This document shows, one piece after another, positions 27,660 through 36,007 of a DNA stretch of 64,000 nucleotides; position 1 is the stretch's first letter, and the number at the start of each line of letters is the position of its first letter. Position numbers and translations under genes: made by a program. The notes below the pieces were generated by a model. It did no database searches. It saw only the letters and a program-made list of their open reading frames with translations, and was not told where the DNA came from. The DNA lies in the NCBI GenBank assembly GCA_025057985.1, contig JANXEV010000001.1, forward strand, positions 11,131-75,130, read 5' to 3'. The DNA is from Candidatus Aenigmatarchaeota archaeon (lineage in GTDB: Archaea; Aenigmatarchaeota; Aenigmatarchaeia; CG10238-14; SpSt-28).

Positions 27660-28310
27660 ATGATAAAACTCAAAGACTATTATGGAGATGTAAACGTAGG
27701 GTTTTATGGATTAGCTACGGATAGGTATTTTATCTCTTCTTTTGAAGAAGATTTCTCAGAGATTTTTAAAGTCCCTGCTATCAAGCTCTCGATAGCGGAA
27801 TCTGAGTTGGTTGGGCTTTTTTCAGCTGGAAATTCCAACGGAATAGTGCTCCCAAAAATAGTAGAAAAAGGTGAGGTAGAAAAGATAAAGGAAACTGGTA
27901 TTAATGTTCTGATTTTAAAGGAAAAGTTTACAGCGGTTGGTAATTTAATTTGTGTGAACGACAAAGGAGCTTTGGTAAGTGACCTTATTTCTAAGAAGAG
28001 TTTAAAAGAAATAAGTGAGTGTTTATGTGTTGAGGTTGTGCAAACGAAAATAGCAAACATCAGGCTTGTTGGTAGCGTTTGTTTTACAACGAATAGAGGA
28101 ACTTTGATCCATAGGGATGCCAATGAGGAAGAAATAGATTTGGTTAGAAGTGTTTTAAAGACAGAGATAGAGAGATCTAGTATAAACTTTGGATCTCCAT
28201 TTGTAAAAAGTGGGATCATTGCAAATTCTCATGGAGCTTTGATTGGAAGTAAAACATCTGGTCATGAATTGGATATAATACTCAGAACTTTAAAATTAAG
28301 TGTAAAATAA
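27660..28310 (+). CDS. eif6: Translation initiation factor aIF6
   Basis: NVGFY, GNSNG, AVGNLI.VNDKGA, VGS, NFGSPFVKSGIIANSHG. Confidence 0.93.
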   Translation: MIKLKDYYGDVNVGFYGLATDRYFISSFEEDFSEIFKVPAIKLSIAESELVGLFSAGNSNGIVLPKIVEKGEVEKIKETGINVLILKEKFTAVGNLICVNDKGALVSDLISKKSLKEISECLCVEVVQTKIANIRLVGSVCFTTNRGTLIHRDANEEEIDLVRSVLKTEIERSSINFGSPFVKSGIIANSHGALIGSKTSGHELDIILRTLKLSVK

Positions 28311-28319
28311 TAAATTTAT

Positions 28320-28412
28320 GCCCTGGTAGCTCAACGGGTAGAGCATCCGCCTTGTAATAACCATACGAAACGAGAAAGCGGAGGGTTGAGGGTTCGAATC
28401 CCTCCCAGGGCT
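28320..28412 (+). tRNA. tRNA-Thr(TGT) with a 20-nt intron at 37/38 (28357-28376)
   Basis: GCCCTGG/CCAGGGC acceptor; TCCGC/GCGGA anticodon stem; CTTG pairs with intron CGAG, flanked by 3-nt bulges. Confidence 0.92.
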
Positions 28413-28427
28413 AAAATATTTCTAGTA

Positions 28428-29117
28428 TCACTTCACCAAATTCAATTTTCTTAAACCTTCAACTATTTTTTCTACCACTTGTTCCGGCGGCCTACTCATC
28501 CATATTTCGATAAAAGGTGGTTTTTTCTTTTTTAAGTAATAATCTATCACCGGTTTGGTTTGTTCCTCATAAACCTTAAGTCTATCCATAATAACAGATG
28601 GTTTATCATCGTCTCTTTGTATAAGCGGTGAGCCACATTTATCACACTTCATATCGTTTTTAGGTAGAAGTGGTGGTAATATATACTCGACTCCATCTAT
28701 TACTTTGCGTATGTCTGCCACATTATAATTTCCGTCACACTTCGGGTTCGAGCATATTCTCCTGGCTGAAATCTTTTCTACCAAGATTTCTGGATGGGCG
28801 TTTATTTTTATAATCGCGTCTATGTTTACCATACTATCTAAGGCTTTGGCTTGGTCTACAGTTCTAGGAAACCCGTCCAAAATGAATTTTTCCAAATTTT
28901 TTATTTTTTCTATAACGACTTCTATAACTATATCGTCAGGAACTAACTTCCCCTCTCTCAAATACTTTTCAACTTTTTTCCCTAACTCGCTACCTTTCTT
29001 TATCTCTTCCCGAAAGATATCCCCTGTGGAAATTTTTTCTAGACCAAATTTTTCCTTAAGTTTAGAAGAATAAGTCCCTTTACCAGAACCAGGAGGCCCA
29101 AAAATTATCAACTTCAT
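28428..29117 (-). CDS. adk: Adenylate kinase (bacterial-type, Zn LID)
   Basis: GPPGSGKGT, STGDIFR, GKLVPD, LDGFPRT, CSNPKC...CDKC LID, QRDDD. Confidence 0.95.
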   Translation of the reverse strand: MKLIIFGPPGSGKGTYSSKLKEKFGLEKISTGDIFREEIKKGSELGKKVEKYLREGKLVPDDIVIEVVIEKIKNLEKFILDGFPRTVDQAKALDSMVNIDAIIKINAHPEILVEKISARRICSNPKCDGNYNVADIRKVIDGVEYILPPLLPKNDMKCDKCGSPLIQRDDDKPSVIMDRLKVYEEQTKPVIDYYLKKKKPPFIEIWMSRPPEQVVEKIVEGLRKLNLVK

Positions 29118-29146
29118 TCATTTCATTAAAACCTAAATTTAAAAAT

Positions 29147-29602
29147 CTATTTCATCAACGCCCTTAAAATATCACTTCTCGATATCACACCAACCAACTT
29201 ATTATTTTCATCTATAACCGGCAATCTCTTAACGTCCTTTTCACACATTATTCTCACAGCATCTTCTATGGTGTCGTCTGGCCTTACAAAAAAAAGTTTC
29301 TTACTCATCACATCCTTAACCTTTAATTTAGCCACTTTCTTCGCATGTACAAAAGATTCTATTCCTTTTTTTATTAAAAGAAGTAGAGATATAGAAACGT
29401 TTGGAGTAACTAAAATTTCTGGAAATGGCGATTTCAAAGCTTCTATTATGTCGGTTTCGCTAATCACACCAACGACTTTTTCTCCTTCTAGGACTATTAG
29501 GCCAGAAATGTTATTTTCTACCATTAATTTCACTGCAGTAGAAATGTCGTCGTTCTGAGAAACCGTTATAACTTTTGTGGTCATACACTCTTTAACTAAC
29601 AT
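29147..29602 (-). CDS. CBS domain pair protein
   Basis: Two CBS repeats (VKECMT...GVISETDI; VKDVMS...GVISRSDI). Confidence 0.9.
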   Translation of the reverse strand: MLVKECMTTKVITVSQNDDISTAVKLMVENNISGLIVLEGEKVVGVISETDIIEALKSPFPEILVTPNVSISLLLLIKKGIESFVHAKKVAKLKVKDVMSKKLFFVRPDDTIEDAVRIMCEKDVKRLPVIDENNKLVGVISRSDILRALMK

Positions 29603-29633
29603 TTTAAATTTTTAGAATAAAAAAATAAACGAA

Positions 29634-29762
29634 TTAAAGAAATTCTGTGTAGTGACATTTACCACAATACCATCTAGTTCTATGATTGGCCATTATGCTA
29701 GAACATCTTGGGCATCTTTTATTGTTTAGACTCTTGCCTATTTTTGTCTGACTGTGTTTCAA
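29634..29762 (-). CDS. rps27ae: Ribosomal protein eS31 (S27ae)
   Basis: Not in ORF track. (TTG)[50 protein letters not shown]; follows eS24. Confidence 0.9.
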   Translation of the reverse strand: MKHSQTKIGKSLNNKRCPRCSSIMANHRTRWYCGKCHYTEFL

Positions 29763-30003
29763 CTTTATTCACCTCTCTTTTTTCATCGTAGATGTTTACT
29801 CTTACTATACTTTCAGGAACGCCGACCTTAGATATCACATACCTTATATCTATCTGAGAATCATCTACGTTGTATTTTTCTTTTAGAAGATTTTTTACAG
29901 CTTCCTTAGATGGAGTAGGAGAATTAGGATGTGTGATTAGAATGTCCAACTCTCTCCTCTTAAAAAATGGATTATATTTCTCTTTCAATATTTTGTGCTC
30001 CAT
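29719..30003 (-). CDS. rps24e: Ribosomal protein eS24 (S24e)
   Basis: NPFFKRRE...H...PTPSK; conserved gene order. Confidence 0.9.
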   Translation of the reverse strand: MEHKILKEKYNPFFKRRELDILITHPNSPTPSKEAVKNLLKEKYNVDDSQIDIRYVISKVGVPESIVRVNIYDEKREVNKVETQSDKNRQESKQ

Positions 30004-30007
30004 GTTC

Positions 30008-30202
30008 TCACCCTACGTAGAGCGCGTACTTTCCAGGTTTATTTATGTTTGACGTTTTTGCTAACTGACTTTCTATATCCAAAACCACTATAACACCCTT
30101 CCAACTCGGACTTAAATTACTAGAACCACAATTGGGACATTTTTTTTCAGTCGTCAAATATTTGCAACTTCTACAAGCCTGTGTTTTTTTAATAATAATC
30201 AC
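30008..30202 (-). CDS. spt4: Transcription elongation factor Spt4 (RpoE'')
   Basis: ACRSC...CPNCG, WKG, PGKYAL. Confidence 0.93.
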   Translation of the reverse strand: MIIIKKTQACRSCKYLTTEKKCPNCGSSNLSPSWKGVIVVLDIESQLAKTSNINKPGKYALYVG

Positions 30203-30729
30203 CTTTTCTTAAGCCAAGCCAAAGAACCTAAACCAGTTTGTCTCATCGTCAGTCCAATTTTGTTTTGTTCTTTCCAAGAAATCGAAATTACTCTAGCCAA
30301 AACCTTGTCACCAATTTTCAACGTTTTTTTAGTCTGCTTACCTAAAAATACTGAGTTTTTCTTATCAAACGACACATAATCATCCATAAGTTGTGATATG
30401 TGTACTAGACCATCTATTGGGCCTATTCTAACGAAAGCACCAAAATCGGTATTATCAACTATTTCACCTATCACTAACTCATTCAATTCTGGTTTGAAAG
30501 CCAACATCTTAAAAGTCACCATATAATAAACATTCGGATCTGCTGGGTATATTTTTCCTTCTTCTATGTTTTCTATCGAAACAAGAGAAAGTAAGACCAT
30601 ACCAGATTTTGAATCTAGAACCGACTCGTAATTTTCTCTTATAGTTTTCTCTATCGCTTCTTCTTCATCCAAACCCATTTTTTCAGGTGGGACTTTAATT
30701 CTTTCTCTCAAAGTTACTATTTTGTACAT
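30199..30729 (-). CDS. rpoE: RNA polymerase subunit Rpo7 (RpoE')
   Basis: S1 domain FGAFVRIGPIDGLVHISQ, KIGLTMRQTGLG. Confidence 0.95.
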   Translation of the reverse strand: MYKIVTLRERIKVPPEKMGLDEEEAIEKTIRENYESVLDSKSGMVLLSLVSIENIEEGKIYPADPNVYYMVTFKMLAFKPELNELVIGEIVDNTDFGAFVRIGPIDGLVHISQLMDDYVSFDKKNSVFLGKQTKKTLKIGDKVLARVISISWKEQNKIGLTMRQTGLGSLAWLKKR

Positions 30730-30730
30730 A

Positions 30731-31258
30731 CTATCGCCCAAATTTCTTCTTATACTCTTCCTTTGCTTTTTTTACTATTTCTCTAGCTTTTTCCACACTT
30801 TTCCATTCTTTGAATTTCACAAACTTTCCAGGCTCAAGTCTTTTATAACTCTCGAAAAAATCTTGAATTTCTTTCTTAAAATGCTCTCCTAGGTCTTCTA
30901 TGGATTTCACGTGTTTAAACCTAGGATCTTTTATAGGAACTGCTACTATTTTGTCGTCTATACCTTTTTCATCTTCCATTATTATAGCACCTATCGGTCT
31001 AGCTTTCACTAAACATCCAGGAAAAGTTGGATATGTTGTCAGCAAAACAACATCAACTGGGTCTTCGTCTTCATGCCAAGTTCTTGGGATAAAACCATAG
31101 TCGAAAGGCCAAAACAAAGGAGAATATAAAACTCTATCGAGAGAAAAAATGCCTTTTTCCTTGTCGTACTCTATTTTATTCGAGCTCCCTTTAACGTTTT
31201 CTACTACCACATAGAATTCCTCTTCTGTTCCGCATTCAATATCATGCATCAGATTCAT
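30731..31258 (-). CDS. ppa: Inorganic pyrophosphatase, family I
   Basis: K.EYD, DRVLYS, YGFIPRT, DEDPVD, DEKGIDDK, FFESYK. Confidence 0.96.
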   Translation of the reverse strand: MNLMHDIECGTEEEFYVVVENVKGSSNKIEYDKEKGIFSLDRVLYSPLFWPFDYGFIPRTWHEDEDPVDVVLLTTYPTFPGCLVKARPIGAIIMEDEKGIDDKIVAVPIKDPRFKHVKSIEDLGEHFKKEIQDFFESYKRLEPGKFVKFKEWKSVEKAREIVKKAKEEYKKKFGR

Positions 31259-31632
31259 TCCACCACCTCTATTCTTTTTTTATATTTTAAACAAATAGTT
31301 TTTATATTGTTGATTTTTAATTTTTTCCTTAAATCTTTATCGTTAGTTGCGACAATAAAGTTTTTATTTTTAGCCAACTCGATTAAATCTTCATCTACTC
31401 TATCTTTCATGCTATCGACTACTTTTATCCCATCGTTTTCTATCATCTTCAACGCGACCAAGGCCAACCTACCTTCTTTAGTCTTTTTATTAGAAATAGA
31501 TTTCAGCTCGTTTATCGTAGAGGAAGAAACAAAAAACTCGATCTTTTCATCTGGATAAAAATCCTCGAAATTTATTTTAAATCTAATCATGTCGAGAAGA
31601 AAATTTGTATCTAACAATATCTTTACTGCCAT
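31255..31632 (-). CDS. PIN-domain nuclease (Fcf1/Utp24-like)
   Basis: ILLDTNFL, EL, VDE, VATNDKDL; usual neighbour of aIF2-gamma and rpoE. Confidence 0.88.
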   Translation of the reverse strand: MAVKILLDTNFLLDMIRFKINFEDFYPDEKIEFFVSSSTINELKSISNKKTKEGRLALVALKMIENDGIKVVDSMKDRVDEDLIELAKNKNFIVATNDKDLRKKLKINNIKTICLKYKKRIEVVE

Positions 31633-31667
31633 TAACTCTTTTAAATACAAAAAATTAAAAACTCTAT

Positions 31668-32045
31668 ATGAAAGGAGTGAGTGATGTAATTGCAATGCTT
31701 TTGATGCTAGTTATAACAATTGGTATAGTTGGGTTAGCATATTCATACATATCCGGTATATTTGTAACAAGAACGGCAGTGGTTTTAAGTGTTGATCAAG
31801 CTACAAACTGTCTGGGTAACACTGTCAATGTGTTTGTAAGAAACGACGGGACACAAACGAGTGGGGCTGTCAGTGTGGTTGTGTATAATGCTACAATGGT
31901 AACTGGTACTTGTACCATACCATCAATAACAGCTGGTAACCTATCTTCTTGCTCGACGACAAAAGTTGGTGGACCAGGATACTACAGAATAGTTGTATCT
32001 ACTACAGGGTCTTCAGCCTCTGGACAAGTACACTGTGTGTCATAA
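31668..32045 (+). CDS. Archaeal type IV pilin
   Basis: Class III signal peptide MKG|VSDVIAMLLMLVITIGIVGLAY; VRNDG; four Cys. Confidence 0.88.
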   Translation: MKGVSDVIAMLLMLVITIGIVGLAYSYISGIFVTRTAVVLSVDQATNCLGNTVNVFVRNDGTQTSGAVSVVVYNATMVTGTCTIPSITAGNLSSCSTTKVGGPGYYRIVVSTTGSSASGQVHCVS

Positions 32046-33260
32046 GATTCCGTAACCAGCTAATCTCCATCTACCAGCTATATGTCTAGAAATAACTAAT
32101 CTCTTTTCTTTTTTTCCCAAAACCAATGGTATAGAAAGTGAACAAACTAGTCTTTCTTTTTTAACCTCTTTAACTATACCTATTGTTCTTTGATTCTCAT
32201 AATGAAGTAAAATCTTCTCACCGATTTTAAAAGGTGTGTCAAAAACTTTTGCCTCTTTAAATTTCACTGCTCTTTCTATCGAGAAAAATTGAAAAGATAT
32301 CTCATTAACAAGTGGTGGTAACGAATTTTCTAATCCAACAACATTCCCCACAAGCCCGTCTGATTTTGTTAAAGAAGGGTCTAACTTGGTCAACATTCCG
32401 AGTAAACCACCGGGACCTGCTTCACTAATGTCGAACCCCGCCTTCTTTAAACCAACGATCTCAGTTTTCAATGGAAAAAACTTCTCTCCAACCTTCACAC
32501 CGGGTTTTATCTCTATTTTGTCGCCTATTCTAAGTTTTCCCTCGACTATGCTTCCACCAAGTATACCGCCTACAATCTTATCTATTTGACTACCAGGTTT
32601 ATTCACGTCGAAACTTCTTATGACCAAAAATCTTGGATCGGTTTTTTCTTCCCTTTTTGGAGTTGGTATAAACTTTTCTATTGCCTCTATCACTTTGTCT
32701 ATGTTTATTTTTTGAGTAGAAGACACAGGAATTATTGGTGCCCCGTCGGCTACTGTTCCACTTATGAATTTTTTAATTTCCTCGTAGTTTTTCATTGCTT
32801 CTTCTCTCGTAACTAAATCGATTTTCGTTTGAACTATAACTATGTTTTTGATTCCGACTATTTCCAATGCTTTTAAATGTTCCAGAGTTTGCGGTTGTGG
32901 GCATTCTTCGTTTGCGGCTATAACCAAAAGCGCACCATCTATAATTGAACTCCCCGTCAAAACCGTAGCCATCAGTATTTCATGTCCGGGAGCGTCAACA
33001 AAACTTACAGTTCTTTGTAATTCAGAATCAGAGAAGCAAAAAACACATTTACTAGAATTCCCATATCTACCGCAACTTCTACATCTATAAACATGTAAAT
33101 CCGCATAGCCCAACTTAATCGTTATCCCTCTTTTTAACTCTTCAGAATGTTGTAAGGTCAATTTTCCTGTTAAAGCCTGTGTCAAACTAGTCTTTCCGTG
33201 ACTAACGTGGCCTAAAATTCCTATATTAACCTCTGGTATCAATCTATGATCTATTTCCAT
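32040..33260 (-). CDS. eif2g: Translation initiation factor aIF2 gamma
   Basis: PEVNIG, HSEELKRGITIKLGYA, Zn knuckle, DAPGHE, CPQPQT.EH, RSFDVNKPG, RWRL.G.G. Confidence 0.97.
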   Translation of the reverse strand: MEIDHRLIPEVNIGILGHVSHGKTSLTQALTGKLTLQHSEELKRGITIKLGYADLHVYRCRSCGRYGNSSKCVFCFSDSELQRTVSFVDAPGHEILMATVLTGSSIIDGALLVIAANEECPQPQTLEHLKALEIVGIKNIVIVQTKIDLVTREEAMKNYEEIKKFISGTVADGAPIIPVSSTQKINIDKVIEAIEKFIPTPKREEKTDPRFLVIRSFDVNKPGSQIDKIVGGILGGSIVEGKLRIGDKIEIKPGVKVGEKFFPLKTEIVGLKKAGFDISEAGPGGLLGMLTKLDPSLTKSDGLVGNVVGLENSLPPLVNEISFQFFSIERAVKFKEAKVFDTPFKIGEKILLHYENQRTIGIVKEVKKERLVCSLSIPLVLGKKEKRLVISRHIAGRWRLAGYGIL

Positions 33261-33315
33261 CTATTTAATTGAGTGTTTTCAATAAAAATTAATTTCTATT
33301 GGATAAAAAAAGATA

Positions 33316-34794
33316 ATGGAAGGGGAAAGTTTACGTCAGATAATGGAAGAGAGATTGAAAAAGTTGCAAAAATTGAAAGAAATGGGGTTAGACCCTTTTT
33401 CTATCACTAAGTTTGAAAAAAGGGACGATATAGAATCTATAAGAAAAAAATATGAAAATATCAAGGTTGACGAAAAAATAGAAGAAGTAGAAATATCGAC
33501 AGCTGGGAGAATTTTGAACATAAGAAAACACGGTAAACTAGCTTTTGCTGACCTCTTTGATGGGAAAAAAATTCAAATTCTATTTGACGAATCAACGTTA
33601 AAAGAAAATTACAAAATTTTTATCGAACTCGTAGACATAGGTGATATAATTGGTGTGAAAGGTTTTCCGTTTAAAACAAAGAAAGGTGAGCTAACGATCT
33701 GGGTCAAGGAATTTCAATTACTGGCAAAATCTCTGAGACCGCTGCCTTCTAAATGGTATGGTTTGAAGGATGAGGATTTGAGATATAGAATGCGTTATGT
33801 CGACTTGATCGTCAACGAAAAATCGAGAGAAATTCTTCTAACCAGAGCAAAAATTGTAAAAAGCATGAGGGAGTTTTTAGAAAAGAAAGGATTTGTAGAA
33901 ATAGAAACACCAATTTTGCAACCAATATATGGTGGTGCTTTCGCTAGACCGTTCATAACACATCACAATTCTTTAGACATGGATTTGTACCTAAGGATTT
34001 CAGATGAACTTTATTTGAAAAGACTAATTGTCGGTGGTATAGAAAAGGTATACGAAATCGGTAGAAATTTCAGAAACGAAGGAATAGACACTAAACATAA
34101 CCCAGAATTCACTATGATGGAATGTTATTGGGCCTATGCTGATTATAAAGATATAATGAAATTGACTGAAGAAATGATAGCATACATCGCTGAGAACTCA
34201 ATCGGAAAGTTAGAAATAGAATATGGTGGACATAAGATAAACCTTAGACCACCTTGGAGAAAAATAAAAATGAGAGACTGTATAAAAGAAGAAGGTATAG
34301 ACGTGGAAAGCTTGAGTAGAGAAGATTTAATCAGAATTGCAAAAGAAAGGAGATTGGAAGTAAACGAAAACCTCACAAAGGGTGATTTAATAAATTTATT
34401 CTTTGAAGAATTGGTACAGCCAAAATTAATTCAACCTACTTTTGTTATGGACTACCCCCTTGAAATTTCTCCTCTGGCAAAAAGAAAAAAAGACGATCCA
34501 AATTTTGTTGAAAGATTTGAATGCTTCATAGCTGGAATGGAAATTGCGAACGCATTCAGCGAATTAAACGATCCGTTAGACCAAAAGGAGAGATTTATAC
34601 AACAATCAAAAAGAAGAAGAGAAGGATTGGAGTTTCATGAATATGATGAAGATTTTATTAGAGCTTTAGAGTATGGTATGCCTCCGACAGGTGGGCTTGG
34701 AGTAGGGATCGACAGACTAGTGATGATTTTAACGAATTCGCACTCTATAAGAGAAGTTATAGCTTTTCCAACGTTAAGACCAGAGAAAAAATAA
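33316..34794 (+). CDS. lysS: Lysyl-tRNA synthetase, class II
   Basis: OB-fold anticodon domain, YRMRYVDL, FRNEGID..HNPEFT, YGMPPTGGLGVGIDRLVM. Confidence 0.97.
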   Translation: MEGESLRQIMEERLKKLQKLKEMGLDPFSITKFEKRDDIESIRKKYENIKVDEKIEEVEISTAGRILNIRKHGKLAFADLFDGKKIQILFDESTLKENYKIFIELVDIGDIIGVKGFPFKTKKGELTIWVKEFQLLAKSLRPLPSKWYGLKDEDLRYRMRYVDLIVNEKSREILLTRAKIVKSMREFLEKKGFVEIETPILQPIYGGAFARPFITHHNSLDMDLYLRISDELYLKRLIVGGIEKVYEIGRNFRNEGIDTKHNPEFTMMECYWAYADYKDIMKLTEEMIAYIAENSIGKLEIEYGGHKINLRPPWRKIKMRDCIKEEGIDVESLSREDLIRIAKERRLEVNENLTKGDLINLFFEELVQPKLIQPTFVMDYPLEISPLAKRKKDDPNFVERFECFIAGMEIANAFSELNDPLDQKERFIQQSKRRREGLEFHEYDEDFIRALEYGMPPTGGLGVGIDRLVMILTNSHSIREVIAFPTLRPEKK

Positions 34795-34841
34795 TAAAGA
34801 AGTTATGTAAATCTTTATTACTATTGTTTTTGAAGTTTAAT

Positions 34842-35843
34842 ATGAGTGTATTTAAACAAGAAGAGGTCCTATACCCAGAATATCTGCCATCTAGTTTACC
34901 ACATAGAGAAAATCAAATAAAATTATTGACAAGTCACTTAGAATTGTTGGCGAAAAATTATAGACCACCTAACGTCTTTATATTTGGTCCGCCTGGGGTT
35001 GGAAAAACGGCCGTAGTCAAATTTGTTCTCAAAGAATTCGAAAATTACTCAGGTATAAAGTCGATTTATTTAAACTGCTGGCAGTTCAACACGAGTTTTT
35101 CTATCCTCTCCGAAATTTTAAGATCATTTGAAATATTTGCACCCAGAAGAGGTGTGGCAAAAGATGAACTTTTCTTTAAAATGGTTGAGTATTTAGATAA
35201 AAGTAAGTTAAATTTGGTTTTGGCTCTTGACGAAGTCGATATGTTAATAAAAAAAGACCAAGATGTGTTGTACGATTTTTTGAGGATAAACTCATACACT
35301 AGACAAAAAATATTACTTATCTTGATATCAAATGACAAGTACTTGTTGAGATTTTTAGAAGAAAGGATCAGAAGCAGTTTGAACGTAGAAGAAATAGAAT
35401 TCAAACCATACACCTTTTTGGAAATGAAAAACATAGTGGAAGAGAGGATGAGATTAGCTTTCAAAAGTTTTGAAAATGGAATCTCTGCCTTAGTAGCTAA
35501 TTATGCTGTAGAAAGAGGCGGTGACGTTAGAGTTGCTTTAAACATTCTACTAAAAGCAGGTAGACTAGCGAAAGAAAAACTGACGATTGAAGATGTGAAA
35601 AACGTGATAAAAGATGGACTGAAAATCGATGAAATTTTTAGCAAAGTCTTGGATGAAAGAGAAAATTTAGTCTTGAACGTGTTCAGCCAACCAAAGGTTA
35701 TAAGTGTGGCATATGAAGAGATTAAAGATAGGTTGAAAGTGAGCGAAAGAACGTTTAGGAGAATTATCGATTCTTTAATAAAAAAGAATCTTTTGAAAGT
35801 CATTGGGTATGAAAAAAAGAAAATGATCTTATCAAAAATTTAG
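34842..35843 (+). CDS. cdc6: Cdc6/Orc1 family AAA+ protein
   Basis: YLP..LPHRE, GPPGVGKT, YLNC, LDEVD, RIRS, FKPY, GDVRVA. Confidence 0.9.
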   Translation: MSVFKQEEVLYPEYLPSSLPHRENQIKLLTSHLELLAKNYRPPNVFIFGPPGVGKTAVVKFVLKEFENYSGIKSIYLNCWQFNTSFSILSEILRSFEIFAPRRGVAKDELFFKMVEYLDKSKLNLVLALDEVDMLIKKDQDVLYDFLRINSYTRQKILLILISNDKYLLRFLEERIRSSLNVEEIEFKPYTFLEMKNIVEERMRLAFKSFENGISALVANYAVERGGDVRVALNILLKAGRLAKEKLTIEDVKNVIKDGLKIDEIFSKVLDERENLVLNVFSQPKVISVAYEEIKDRLKVSERTFRRIIDSLIKKNLLKVIGYEKKKMILSKI

Positions 35844-35952
35844 CGGGGGGTGGATTTGAACCACCGACCTCCGGGTTATGAGCCCGGCGAGCACTCCAGG
35901 CTTAGAGGAGCTTAAGCGTAGCAGAAAACTTAAGCTCCTACTCTACCCCGCT
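35841..35952 (-). tRNA. Initiator tRNA-Met(CAT) with a 37-nt D-loop intron (35902-35938)
   Basis: A1-U72 pair, CCGGG/CCCGG anticodon stem with three G-C pairs, CTCATAA loop. Removing the hairpin insert restores GAGT-AGCCTGGAGT-GCTC. Confidence 0.92.
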
Positions 35953-36007
35953 ATAGTATTAATAATTTCCTTGAGGCTATAAAAAATTTTGATTTGTAAA
36001 TATTTTT

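Noticed and set aside
34795..34841. Replication origin (ORB repeats) next to cdc6
   Set aside because: Flanking intergenic regions are under about 55 nt and I saw no repeated ORB/G-string motif.
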